NCBI GenBank assembly: GCA_013115145.1 | Contig: JAAPAO010000191.1 | Location: forward strand, 1-55,643 | From: Perkinsus chesapeaki ATCC PRA-425 | Taxonomy: Eukaryota; Protista; Perkinsozoa | Reading direction: 5' to 3' | Length of the DNA stretch: 55,643 nucleotides | Part shown: positions 9,242 to 22,431 of the stretch, piece by piece | Layout: every line of letters begins with the position of its first letter | Numbering within the stretch: the stretch's first letter is position 1 | Made by a program: the position numbers and the translations under genes | Notes under the pieces: generated by a model | The model's input: the letters and a program-made list of their open reading frames with translations, nothing else | What the model was told of the DNA's origin: nothing | Database searches by the model: none

Positions 9242-11150
9242 TTATCCTTTTAACTCCGCCTTACAATTCGCTACGGTGTGACGAGAGCAATTGTGACAAG
9301 AACAATTGTCTACTCGTTGCACTAAACACGCATTTTTTTGTTTGGAGCACATCGAGAGCTCAGCAAGCAAAGCAACTGAATTCAACGAGCGAACCTCGCT
9401 AGAAGCGGGGCACTCCGATATGTCGGTTAGCATTTCAGTCAAGCCACATTCAGTGGCCCTTAGCAGTTCGCTTTCGGAATTCAACTACTTGCATTAATCG
9501 CACAGCGGCTGAGCTCTAAGAGCGTAAAGTGCGTACAAAATAGGTGATTTCCTGTGGGCTGTGATTGGCTGATGGACTCTGTGGGGTCACCGAGTGCTGG
9601 CCTTGGAGCAGACTGTGCTCAGTATTGCCACTTGCATGGCACCTCGGACTGGAGTTTTAAGTCGATGACAGCGTTTACGTACTAGTCTGGTTGCTTGTAA
9701 GCGATGAGTGGTGACTTGTACAAGTCTTTCTCATTCCTGCCAAACCGAGATGCCAAGGGGATATTGGTTCGGCCTGGCTTCAAACGCTGTTGGCAAAGGT
9801 TTGATGATAACGCGAAAACGACGGAGAACTCAGAAGGGTTTGCACCGAACGGGACATGCCGCGGATCGCGGATCGTTTCGTATGCAAGTATTTTCTTCTG
9901 TTCTACGATCGAGTCGGTAGTGATGGCAGCCCTTTGAATCCGGAACCTGACCTCTGGGCGACGATTACCAAGGAGTTCGAATGTTGTAGTGTTTGAATGC
10001 AGCACTCGCAATGTCTATCCAGCGACTGAAGTTTATTGATAGAACCATTCAATGTTGGAGGGGGAACGAGAGAAAATTTCTCTGAGGTATCTCTGGATTA
10101 TGAGTCGCAATTTGTGACCAGCGTGCATGTAAAAATGGACTTGCCTTATACTCGCTGTCTTCACTGAAGATTCGCTGCCATAGTTAGATATCGAGTTAGG
10201 TGAGCGTAACCCCATGCCTACGACATGTCTGAATCATAGACCTATTAGAGCGCAGTGCTCTAACAGCACTGCTGTCGGCGAGTTTCAAGTCTGTGGATGG
10301 TGTTGGTTTAGTCGCCCCCGCCTCAACCTGGGGATGGCGCGCAGTGCGCACCTTGCGCCACTTGCTACGGGCGTTTTTGAACTCGAGCAGGGTCTGCTTA
10401 TAATGCGTCAAACGCGGTTGCCGGACCGCTCGACGCGTATGCGACTCGCATCATGCGAGTTCTGATTCTGTTGTATGATACAACTTGCATTCATGCCGCT
10501 CTATGTCAAGTTCCTATCAAACAGCAACCTCAACCTTCCGATGAAAATTTACAAATGTTCTTAAAGCGTCAGACAACCTAATTTGATGCCTTCAGAAACC
10601 TTCTCTGGTTGCACGGCCATCTCACTGAAAAGAAAAATCAAATACACGCCAGGCCTGATTCTTAAAGAATCCTGTTTATGTCAAAGAGCCAGCCGAACTC
10701 CCGCTGGTTGCTTCAGCTGCAGGAGGGCGTGCAATTCCACTACTAGTTGCTTCCGCCAAGCAACGAGTAGTGGAGTTGCGAATGCTCCTATATGCTCTCC
10801 CTTTCAATGCTGCAGTATTGACATGGCCTGGACTGGAGAATTGCAGGAGACACTGTGACCGTGACAGGGCGAGCGCGAAAAGAGCCTTCACAAAACTAGC
10901 GTCCGAGTGGATTGGATCGGACAAGGATGGTCATGGCTTTTAACTCGAAGTTTTGGGGAATTTATAACCCATCACCCAAAAGCAACACAACCAGGCAGAA
11001 CGTTTGGGTCGGAGCAGCCTGACAAGACTACCTTCCCTTCAATGAGGCATCTTTTCGCTCGCCCGGAGCGTGAAACCCCGTACGCATACTTCGAGTCTGG
11101 CTCTTCTTGGGCGGCCCTCGTACTACCTCATGGTTGCCTCATGTATGCCT
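9242..11150 (-). CDS. Hypothetical multi-exon gene or decayed gene
   Basis: Co-oriented protein-like fragments (e.g. HYKQTLLEFKNARSKWRK, DPIHSDASFVKALFALAL); no family recognised. Confidence 0.3.
10438..10459. repeat. Near-perfect 22-bp scar (1 mismatch)
   Basis: TATGCGA CTCGCATC ATGCGAG. Confidence 0.75.
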
Positions 11151-11177
11151 AGGTTGCCCGCGGGCTGTGTGTGAATC

Positions 11178-11199
11178 ACTGAGACCCTCAGTCTGAGAG
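11178..11199. repeat. Near-perfect 22-bp scar (1 mismatch), X=ACTGAGAG
   Basis: ACTGAGA CCCTCAGT CTGAGAG. Confidence 0.72.
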
Positions 11200-11396
11200 A
11201 TATAAGGTTCGCATCGGCGCATATTAATCTCATTTCTCGTCGAATTCGTGAATGATGGATTCGCAACATGGACCGCCGATGCCTCTTCGAGGCGTTTCCG
11301 ACTGTGTCATGAGTGGGAGTACATATAGGGCCGAGCTCATCATGGGTACCACTAGTACCACTGCCTTCACTTCAGTTGAATATTTCACGTGAGTAG

Positions 11397-14300
11397 ATGC
11401 TTATTTCCAGCAAGAAGCGGGCCAAGGTAAGACTAACAATAGCACAAGTCGGCGTGCTGCTGAAGAAAGAGATCTCCATCGTCCGAAAAAGCCTTCTCAC
11501 CACAGTCCTTACTACGGTATTCCCCGTAGTGGTAAGCTGAGGGATACATGCTTCAGCTACAGTAGCGCCGGCCTTAGGCACTATTTCTCTTCTCCTTGCC
11601 GAATCTCGGCAGCGGGGACAACCGAAGGTTTACGGGGCAGCCAGTCTACCAGGAGCCATTGTCAGCTAGAGATGCTCTAGCACCGAGGAGGTAAACGTGA
11701 CCCCACAAGGCATTGACTTTGAGCCCTTTGACAGGTTCCTTGACAGCCCCGTTTATCCCGCCAACACGCAGGTGCCTTACTCTGATTCTTGGATACCATT
11801 CGAATGGTCGTCGACCGAGCAACGCATTTGGTGGGCGCCCAGTACCGACCCGATGGTGGCAACCATAATTCGAGGTATAGTACGTGTGTTTCGTTATGGC
11901 AGCTCTTACTGTCAGTTTCCGCTTTGATGAACGGTGTCAATACCTCCGAGCTCCGGGGCTTCGCGAGCGAGGCCGAGTTGAAAAAGGCCTATGAGGACGC
12001 ACAGTCTGCGACTTTTCTAGCTGGCGTTGTCTTTGAGCCCATCGACATCACACAGCAGATCAATGTGCGATACAAAATCTTAATAAATGGAACGTACGCA
12101 CCTAACACCGATCCTGGAAAACAAACAGTTATCATAGATGACACGAGCCAGGCACTTGTCCTAGACTACGGCAAATACATCGATACGGGTTTCGTTGCGA
12201 TCCAGAATATGGTTGATAACGCCGTAGTTAGAGTGTTTGCCGGTAACTCAACCAACCTCACGGTCCGCCCTCTGAACGCTGTCCAGTCGTTCCCAAGGCC
12301 TACGGTTCAAGCAGCTGATGCGTCGTGGGTCTTCAAGTGGTTACCTGGTTGGTGTTTAAATATAAGCATCTTGTTCTGGTTCACTTCTGTTGTAACGAAG
12401 ATGGTTTATGATAGGGAATACGAATACTATCGTTTTTTTCTCATCATGAAGGTATCAAGATGGGCCTACTATTTGCACTGGCTTTTTTACTTCTGGTGCA
12501 TATCCATAATCCTCTCCCTTGCCCTAGTTGGTATTTTGTTTGCAGATTCGGTGCTTGTCCTTGCATCCTGGACTTTGATATGGGTACACTATCTGCTTTT
12601 CCTTTGGCAACTCGTTGTTGTTGCCATAGGATCATCAACAGTTGTTCGCTCGGTTCAATCTGCCGGCTCAGTCGGTCTCGCCTTCACTTTCATAATAAGT
12701 GCGGTTTACATCGCCCTCGTCCTCGGTAAGGTCAATGATCTCTCTCAAGTCAAGACAGCTCTTTCGCTTATCCCGTGGTTCGCTAGTATGCGAGGCGGCG
12801 AGATAATGGCCAGCCTTGATCACAGAGGGCAGCGTGTAGGCCTCACGTGGGCCAACGCCTGGGAGTCGGAATTCGGCTATCTCCTCATCACACAAGTCTT
12901 CGGCATTATTTTATTCGGTGCTCTGTCGGCCTTCATGGTCATGCCGAAGGTCTTCTTTCGTCGTCCTTTGTTGGTTCAAAAATGCGATAGTGTCGGAGCA
13001 AACGAGCGGGTTATGGAAGACGCTATCGTCGAACACCCAGTTGTGAATGTCGCAGAGGTGACCAAGCTCTTTTGTCGGCAAGATAAATCAATATTGGTTG
13101 CTGTGGACAAGGTATCCTTCAAAGTGGGGAGAGGCGAAATTCTTGGTCTCCTTGGCCATAATGGTGCCGGCAAAACAACGCTCATCAGAATGCTATGTGG
13201 CGAGCTCAACCCTGATAATGGCGAGATCAACTTCCTATCTTCTGCCGATGGACGAGTTAATCCCCGCCCTTTGGTGGGCGTCTGCCTTCAACAAGACATT
13301 CTGTTCCCCGAGCTGTCCGCTAAACAGCACTTCCAGATTTTCGCTGGACTCCGAGGCTGTAAAGTTCCCAGTGAATCTGAAGTTGATGCGATGATGCAGG
13401 ATGTGGGTTTGGATAATACTGGTCGTGATGAAGGTAAGCTGTATCTCTAACATCACAGTGCATCTCTATTTCAGGTATCTCAACCTATTCCGGGGGTATG
13501 AAGCGGAAGCTGTCTCTGGCTATCTCGTTGCTTGGAGATCCGGACTACCTACTGCTCGATGAGCCGAGTGCTGGCATGGACCCCTACTCACGTCGTTGCA
13601 TCTGGGAAGTTATCCTAAGATTGGCCCACGCCCACGGAAAGACTATTATAATGACCACGCACTTCATGGATGAAGCAGATATGCTATCAGACCGAATAGC
13701 TATAATGAGGAATGGGCAGCTTTTGGCGTTGGGCACCAGCCTTTTCCTCAAGTATAACATTAATCGTCTCACGCCCGATGATGCCTCTGTGAGTGGCGGC
13801 TATACAATAACAGCAACCTGTAAAATGTGCTCCCAATGATGACTATTGCGTTATTATCTCGAGCAGGTTCTTCTACTGAGGCTCGATCGGAGGTCGTAAG
13901 GAAGCTCCGGGCTCTCATCCCAACTATTGGGGACTCAAGCGCAGGGGAGAAAGAACTATGTGTTCACCTCCCTGTGGGGTCGGAGAAGTTATACGCGGAT
14001 GCTTTGGATATTGTGAACGCCATGGGATCACCCGATGTCGCCGTTGGTCTCACGTCACTCGAGGACGTCTTTCTCGCCACGGCGAAGAAGGACGAAGCGG
14101 GCCAGACAGCGGGCGATTCGACTTGGCACGGTCCATCTTCCGGTACAGAAAACAGAATATGGCAACCAGTTGACGACAAGAAGCCTTCACAGATGCGTAA
14201 GTCCTCACGATATATCTATCCGTCCAAGCCCTTAATGGTGCAGGTGCCGTTCTCCATTTGGCCAGATTGACTACCCTTATGGAATATCGGACTCCAAGGG

Positions 14301-17300
14301 TCATCTTCTTCGGCAATATATTGCCAATCATATTCATCCTCGTTGGCTTCGTATTATCCTATCTGATCGACCCTAAGGGGTCCCTGGAGAGTCCACCGTC
14401 TCTAAGTCTCCTGCCATCAGCTACAACGCTCGGCTCAACTGGGCTCTTTTACGTTGAAGGGGATGCCTTCAACCAAGCCTCGCTTGGATCACCACTCCAA
14501 TGGACTTCCAGTCTCCCATCTGGAGGGTGAGTTCTATGCTGTTATTTATTGACATCCAATTGCGCACTTAAATTTGACCCTTGCTTGGGGAACTTTTGAA
14601 AAAATAGCGTTACGTGTTTCCGAAAAACGCCTTCTTCCTCCCGTATGTCGAACGCGCTTGGGCTTGTCGTTTTGAAGCTTCCTTGTCACAAAGACATTCC
14701 CTCGTATCTCCGTCTCTCTTCTCATTTAATCACATACTTCTTCTATGGGCTCACCACGTGGAAAGTACTGCTGACATACTTCCTATAAACATATATGAAG
14801 TGAACAGTGTGAATCTTTGTCAACAGCCTTGTTTGATTTGTATCGCCTACATCTCTTAATGCCACCCTGGCTCCAATCATGATTGTCGGTCACCTTATTT
14901 CAGGGATCTGTTGGCCCGTTATGAGGATAATGGTACCTTACAGTATGACCCGAATGTTGTCTCGAGTCTCCCCATGTCGATTTCTGCTTTAACTAACTCC
15001 ACGCTGTCTATGATACCTTTCCCATCCATCTCGGTAAGATAAATCCAATACAAACATGCTTATAATAACTATTAGGTGTCCGTAACTAATGATCCATTAC
15101 CATACGTGAAGTCCTACCTCATCGATGTAACCCAATTATTGGTTCCGATGTTTACTATGATGGGGTTTATTCCATACGCTTATGTTGTAATACGTATGGC
15201 CTTCTGGAGGGCAGATCGTATCATTACTCAGATGAAGCTCATGGGTGAGAATCTTCTTCTGATTTTCTTTGCCCCACTAACTCCTACTAGGTATGTCCGT
15301 GCGTCTTCAGTACGCATCCTTGTTTGTCCAGCGGCTTATCTTCGGCTTTCTGCCAGCCTTCGTTATCATTCTAGTCGCTGCCGGAGCTTTCGGCTCTCAG
15401 GTGAGTTCCATACACTTAGTTTACCAGAAATATTTGGTCAGTTGCTCGGCGATGGTGGACGATGGCTGGCTTATATCCTACTGGTCATCACCACCTTTGT
15501 CGCTTTGATACCCTTCGCAATGATGCTCGCACCTTTGTTCAAGACGGGCCGGCAGGCCGGTGACTCGTTCCCTCTTATGTGGAACTGCCTGTCCATCATC
15601 CCCTATATAATCGTTTGGATCCTCTCAACCAACTCAAGTTCAAGTAAAGCTGCCATTCCTTTCGTTCGTTCTAGTTACTGGTCTGCCATAGGTACACGCA
15701 AAATCGGTGAAGTTATCGGAAACATTATGACGATAATACCGACGCTTGCGTACCAGCAGGGGACACAGAAGATTCTCGCCCTTCAGGCAAGGATCCTACA
15801 GTCTGCGGAGATAGTTCCCCTTTGCAGTTTGCCGTCGACCGTGCGTCTAAAGTTGTGGACTCTCCTGTCGAATGGTCCGATACGTTCGATCCTAGCAATG
15901 GAGTGCTGACGCCTATTGTGGTCAATGTGGGCGTCACCATCATGTGTAAGCTAACACCCGTAATGCTAATCGAAGATGAGCCCTCTCAGCTACATTGGTA
16001 GTCTGGTATCAAACCCGGGACTTGACCTCCAAGCAGATGAAAAAAAGAAAGAAGTATGACGCTAACAATGAGGAACTGCCGGAAGCTGCGGACCTTCTGG
16101 AAGAAGCTGTCCTTGCTGATAAAGCGACACAGGGAATTGCCGTACGAACCCGCAAACGTATGATTGAGCATCCAGGGCGCCAAAGGTCCAAAACCTGACG
16201 AAGATATACCCACACCAAAAGAAGGCTGCGGTGAAAAATCTTAACATCGGTGTAGCACCATCGGAAATTCTTGTACTGCTTGGGCCAAACGGAGCCGGAA
16301 AAACAACTACCATGAAGATGTTGACCGGAGAGGAGGTCCCCTCCGCTGGTGAGCCTCAAGCGAGATTTTGGCAACTTGTTTATCGCCGTATTTAGGTATC
16401 ATCAAACTTGGTGACAGTAGAGACTTCGAAGCCGCCGAGCGGGGTAGCCTGAACTTCAACTCGCTTTACAAGAGGCAGGTCTGTGGTTATTGTCCACAGT
16501 TTGATGCTCTCTTCCCGGAGCTCACAGTAGGCTGCTGCTGCTCTCCGTGACAGTTTCTTGGGAGTTATCTGGTCAGGTTAAGGAACATCTGCAGCTTGCT
16601 TGTACTCTAAAAGGCCTCAAGACGCGTTCGGCCATATCATCTCATAAAGCCCATGTTGATGCCATTGTGGTGGCTTTGAATCTAGGTATCCCCATCAGTC
16701 TTTAAAGTGGTACATCTCTGTCAGAGCCTCACCTAAACACACGATCTGAAAGACTATCCGGTGGTAATCGACGTAAACTTTCCCTCACCCTCGCGGTGAT
16801 GGGCAACCCTTGTGTGCTCTTCCTCGATGAACCCTCCACAGGGATGGACCCTTCAGCTAAGCGCTCCGTCTGGAAGGCCCTTCGGTGAGTTATCTGACGC
16901 CACAGTAGTTTAAAGTCATTCTCGTTCAGAGGGGAGCAGTCACGTCCTGCCATGCTTATGTCTACTCACTACATGGATGAAGCTACAGCGTTATCAACTC
17001 GTATCGGTATCATGATCAACGGGCAAATGCGTGTCGTTGGCAGCGTTGCCGAATTGGCGAATAGGTGAGTCGATACCAAGAGGTGGGTAGTTTGTATTAT
17101 CCCCCTTGGTCAGATTCAGCCGTGATATCTCCATCGAGGCCTCGCTTCGCCCTCACTGCTCCGCGTCTGAGCTTGCAAATGCGTTATCGTTTGCCCTAGG
17201 CGGTGCGGATGTATCAGTCATTGAAGACTTCAATCGGTCGGCTATCCTTCGAGTTGCCGTAGCTCATGGTATAGCTCCAACTGAACAGATAGCAGAACTG

Positions 17301-17414
17301 TTCCGTATAATGGAAGGCTCTCTTAAAGAGCGATGCGGTGTTATCTATTACAACCTTAAACTAATGAGTCTCGAGCAAATTTTTATTAACCTTGTGCGAG
17401 AACAGAGAGAATAA
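11397..17414 (+). CDS. Full-size ABC transporter, subfamily A (TMD-NBD-TMD-NBD), multi-exon; start approximate
   Basis: N-terminal [15 protein letters not shown] followed by a TM helix. NBD1: GHNGAGKTT (13154-13180), [34 protein letters not shown]2: GPNGAGKTT (16282-16308), [29 protein letters not shown]-terminal SLEQIFINL. xLEDVFL linker motif. Confidence 0.95.
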
Positions 17415-17675
17415 ATGAAGCGGCTTTGTTACCTTTTGTTGAAGATACGACCGTGCCGTCTACGTGTGTACTACACAGCTACACAGTATACTCTGGTTAC
17501 GGCGTTTTCGGTATCGCTAGGGAAGTGTTCACTCCCTACAGTTGACGATTTTGATTTGTAACTTCTCAACTAGAAAGTCAAATGTCTCGGGTTGGTAGTA
17601 AATAATAAAACAGATCTACGAGGCCAGAGGAAGGAGATTCTGGCAATTCATCAACCACAGCAAGCGCCATATACT

Positions 17676-18543
17676 TCAAGGCACCACCACCATCACAGTA
17701 GTTATTGAGTTGTTGTTGTGCTTTTCACCATTGATCAGCAAAGTAAAAAGCATACAACGAGTACATGGTATCGGGAGAATCTGATCGAACAAGTAGAGCG
17801 AGGAGACAATTTCAATGAATTCGTTGATGCTAGAAATACTTAGCTTGGTGAAGTTGAGGTTCGTGAACAATCTCATGACAGGTTCCTGGCTCTCCTCAAT
17901 TAGAGCATAAATAGCAGCGAGTCTCGGCCAGCCACGCTTCAGCTGATGCGGCATAATACGGTGAACTTGTTGATATGCATAACACGCTCACATTCTTCAT
18001 CCCTTCCGCGACGAGTGTACTTGCTACACGTTTTCCTTCCCACTCGAGATAAACTTCGAGCCAACGGATGTATGCAACCAATGGCCGCTCTTTGCCGTTA
18101 GTTGGACTGAAAAGTCGACTTGATACTTCTACTTAGTTTTACCCTACATCTGAGCGAGTACAAGTTCATCTAGAGAGTCGGGTTCTCGTGGCGGTAAAAG
18201 CTGAGTGAGCATGTAGCCAATAATCTCCTGAAATGGAGTATGTATGTATAGTCATCGTGGCAATATCGCTGCCAGGAAAATGACACTGCGAAAGAGGTAT
18301 TTTTACCTCGCCCTCAGGCTTGGTGTGTACCGCTAGATATGCATGGTCATAGCCGGACGAGCTCACACGCTTGATTTGATGTAGCTCACTGGACTGCGCT
18401 TGCCTATAGGTTACGTTTTCGGGAGGCTTCTCCGGAGAGCGGTAGGCCTTGTGATGCTGCGATGTCACAGATGAGAGTTGGATAGAGATCGTTGTTTGAA
18501 TCAGCTCAGATGTGATCAGGATAAAGAAGACATGGTTTTTCAT
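17676..18543 (-). CDS. Signal-peptide GNAT-family acetyltransferase (array copy A)
   Basis: MKNHVFFILITSELIQTTISIQ N-terminus; PPENVTYRQA; AYIRWLEVYLEWEGKRVASTLVAEGMKN|LKRGWPRLAAIYALIEESQEPVMRLFTNLNFTKL. Confidence 0.8.
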
Positions 18544-19065
18544 CGCGGAAAAGAATCCTAAATCATTGGGAAAAGTTCTTCCGGAATACAAGGGCCATGA
18601 TGGGTGATTCGGCTTTCTAGGACGAGTGTCAGCAACTGCAACATGTCTGTTATAAGTGCCATAATAACAACTTTTCATGACAGAAGTCACAACTACTCTA
18701 CATCGCTTAAGAGATCTCAGATGGGGGACTCTTTGGGTAGCGGTATACATGAGTCTCGAATCGTCCAACGTCGAGTTCTGAAAGAGAGCATATCCATTGG
18801 GCAGAGTAGGAAAATACACCACCGAAAAAACAAGCACAGTTCTTACAAAGCACGTTTGGCTAACGCACGTGAAAAATGTTGCTGTCATATACAGTAACGG
18901 TCACAGTGCATACCGAAGCTTAGGTACCGTGTGAAAAGTAGCTTGCAGTGATAATATAGGATATATAAGATAATATAATATTATATAGTAGATGAAGCCA
19001 GGTAAGTGTTTTCATGCTAAAAATACTGTACGTAGCATACATAGAACTTCTCACACAAATGAAGC

Positions 19066-20149
19066 TTAATCGAGCCTACTGGGAATGCAGCTACAGCGAT
19101 TATTGAACGTACGCGTACGCGCTTTCGAGGTCAGAAGAAATCCAATCCGGGATCTCGGGTTACCTGGTATACGGACGAATCCAACTCGTTCATAGACACT
19201 AGTGGCTGAGTTCTCATAATCTACTTCCAGATACACTGCCAGCATGTCGGGCCACTGCTTTTTCATCTGTGAAAGCTACTGCTACCGGCTTAAAGTAAAG
19301 TTCTTAACGTACTTCCTTCAGAGCTCTCCGGAGCATTTCTGTACCAACTCCCTTTCCCTGCGATCTCGGGTCTACGTTTACATTCGAGATGTAACCAATT
19401 AGAGTGTCGGATGGGGACCTGTGGCTCAGTAAGTCAACGGCTACAGTAATTGCTCCTAACGTTATAAGGCACACTACTATGATAGTATTATTATCGGAAC
19501 TACTAATCTATGTTACTGAACGAGTCATGACTACTGAAACCACACTGTAGCGAGCGGGGGGCATTCTCAGGCTGAGTGTAGCAGTACCCAGGAAGCATGT
19601 ATTTTTTGCTTTTCTCATTTGAAGATGTTGATATCCCTGCCTTCACGGTGCCAATTACAACCTAAACAGCAGATCCTATGCAATCTGGAGCACGGTTCGG
19701 CACAATGCCACTGAGTTATTAAACGATAACATCCTCCACACTCGCGGATCCTTTATTATAGGGCCCGTGAGTGTAAGAGACTGCTATCAAGCACCTGGTG
19801 TGGGACGTATACCGACCTCATTATCTGGCACCGTCCGATTCATGGCCACAAAAATGATTTGCCCTTCTGTATCAGCTCCTTCAACTTCATCTTCCGTGGC
19901 TCTCCTGTACGTTACGTTGGCCGGTGGAGGCCATTCAGGTGGGGGTTGCTTCATCACCATAGGTTGCTGCTCCTGTCGTGTTGGAGCAGCAGAAGACACT
20001 GACTCGTGTGGCAAAGGCTTCCGATCGGGCTTTCGAAACCGCCGCCTACTCGACTTTCTCCTGGAGGATTGTGTTTGCCCACCAAGGGAGAGGCGAGCGA
20101 AGAGCTGTATGGCTTGCCCAGCGATTATGATCAGTAACAAACTCCGCAT
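19066..20149 (-). CDS. Signal-peptide GNAT-family acetyltransferase (array copy B)
   Basis: MRSLLLIIIAGQAIQLFA; PPANVTYRRATEDE; IGYISNVNVDPRSQGKGVGTEMLRRALKE|MKKQWPDMLAVYLEVDYENSATSVYERVGFVRI (motif A QxxGxG and C-terminal Y..xGF). Confidence 0.88.
19474..19495. repeat. Degenerate 22-bp scar (2 mismatches)
   Basis: CTACTAT GATAGTAT TATTATC. Confidence 0.55.
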
Positions 20150-20339
20150 TGATGAAAGTAAGCTGCAGTAAAGCTATGGCGACGAATATGGCTCGACACC
20201 GATCTGCTGATCTAGTGCCCCCCAAGTGTCCTGCTAGACACACTCAGTGAAGAATGAGTTTGTACCCATCACCATATAGAGCAAATCGGAGAGGATAATA
20301 GAACACGGCTGCCAAGCGAAAGTGAACGCAGGAAAAAGG

Positions 20340-22332
20340 ACTAAGTAATCATGATCCATGAGATTCCACACTGTCAGCGAAGGTCTCTGCGTACTCTTCA
20401 CATGACATAAGCTTCTTGTCCGGGCTTTCCTCCTCTGAAGTGTGGCACTGGCCTAACAGTTGTCTGGTCTCATCTTACCCAAGGAAGACTCCATGGATGA
20501 GCCCTGTAAAGTCTTGCCCTTTTCCATCAGAGTAACTCCAGTGGACATCTACCGGAATGACATACACTTGGCGATAAAGGATTCCTTCCTCACGGTCATC
20601 GTTGATACAGCTGATGGTTGGACGGTGTTCAGCCTAGTGTACTCCTCAGCTGGCGGAATGAACGCCTCTGGCAGCCCTGAGAATCTCTTTTGTTCCATTC
20701 CCTCAAATCATTATGCACCGGTTTGGGGACGGCTAGCTTTAGAAGTTGCTGTTCTGGCTTTGCTCTTCTTGGAACCGCTGGACGAAGTACGATTATCACT
20801 GCTTGTTCCGCGGCTCCTAGGATCTTGAGGAGCGTCAATTTCGATATCTCCTTCTCCTTGAAGGTTGTAGCTGAAAAGCTATCACTACTGAAAAGCTATG
20901 TAACTGCAGACGTGTTTGTATGCCATCTCGATATTTATGCTGTCCCACTTTTGTTTCAGTATGTACACGAGAGATACCAACTTTTTAGCGACTTGCCCAA
21001 GGAATGCGAACGCACTGCATGGCTCTCCCTGCGCAAAACGCGCATGACGTGAAGCAGTAACAGACTGATACGTGCGTTTGAAGTTTCAGTAAAACGGCAG
21101 TAGTAGATCGGGTACGATACAACGATTACTACAGCTACACCTACTCACTTTGGCCTCGCGTGACTATCTGGCAGCTTATCTTCGTTGACTTTCTCAATCC
21201 AAACTATATTCCCCTCGGGGTCATGAGCGTAAGGTTTGCTGTGCAAGTCCGCGGCAAGACTTGAGACCCTTTCGATCTTAGCCGCCTGCTCTGCTCGGTG
21301 ATCCTCGATGGCCTGATCCGACAAAATACTCGACAGTCTATCGCCAGCGTTACCAACCTTCTCTTTGGCAATCTTCTCCTTCGCCTCGACTTGCTTGTTT
21401 TCTCTCAACGTCTCTTCCTCCTCATCGCTTCCATCCTCTTCGTGCACTTCAAGATGAATAACCCGCGGATCCGACCCCCCAGCCAAGGTAGAGGCACCTG
21501 AGGAAGTGCACATCAAGGTTTTATATAACGGATATCGCAGCAGAATGCATACCATCGCTGCGATCGTCTTCCCCTTTTGACCTGGAAGAGGCTTTAAATG
21601 GCATATTCATGCACGTAGGTTACATAGCTGTTAACTGCTTCCCAAAATCCATTGTTCTCATCCCACTGGCTGACTCTGCAACGCTTGCAGTGGATGCGGT
21701 TTCTTCAATGCTTTCAACCACTCGGACAGGAACCGCAAACTTTGCCCAGCTGTCTATCGGTGGCGGCCTTGCCGGGCATGCCCACATGTCTTCGTCTTCG
21801 GGGAGATCGCCTGTGATCAATACACATTAGCCGATTTTTCCACTGCGTGTTTACCGCCGATCTTTCGCAGCTCTTGTCTGAGGATATCGTCTCCCGGATC
21901 GAGTGGCACAAACGTAACATCAATGTGTGACTGAAGTGCCTGCACCGCAACACCGTGCGAATGTAGGTTGCTGCAGTTCCTACAGCTATCGTCTCCTTAG
22001 CTGCATACTTGATCGAAAACTCCTCCAGTCGGTGCTTATAGAGCATCCTACCTCCAGCATCAAGGATCACTTCAATCACCTTTTGAGGGACCAGTTGCGC
22101 ATAAGAAGTTTACAGATAAAAATACCGTAAATCGCAATCAATGCAAAAAGCTTCCCCACGAAGGCGCATGAGTGCACGATTTGTAGAGACGTTTGTAGCC
22201 AGTGGATTTGGAAGTTTACATCTAGTGTCCGACCTCAGAAGCAGCCTCCTCAGCTTGACGAATGTTCAACTGCTCGCTATCCTCTTGATCTGTCTGCGGC
22301 TCGTTTGGGCTCGGCTTTGTGTCGACGGGCAT
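20340..22332 (-). CDS. Multi-exon protein with a C2orf81/DUF4639-like N-terminal region; ends approximate
   Basis: IEVILDAGGRMLYKHRLEEFSIKYAAKETI ... DEDMWACPARPPPIDSWAKFAVPVR resembles the remembered W..xEP...IDSWA.G.VPV motif. A later exon reads KPYAHDPEGNIVWIEKVNEDKLP after a charged helix. Confidence 0.55.
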
Positions 22333-22431
22333 ATGTAGCAAGTTAGAGAATGCTTACAACACTTGTTCCCTATGTGAAGTGATGCCCCGTGCAGAGCTCT
22401 ACTACAACTGCATCGACATGAACGGTGTCAC

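Noticed and set aside
17465-17487. Hairpin plus 8-bp direct repeat (CTACACAG x2) and similar partial hairpins (e.g. 1877-1891, 10248-10277)
   Set aside because: Possibly variants of the 22-bp scar, but they do not fit the full geometry and are short enough to arise by chance, so they were not counted.
18544-18888. N-terminal 115 aa of the 240-aa ORF 18166..18888
   Set aside because: Not protein-like. The internal Met at 18543 begins a signal-peptide-like leader comparable with the paralogs.
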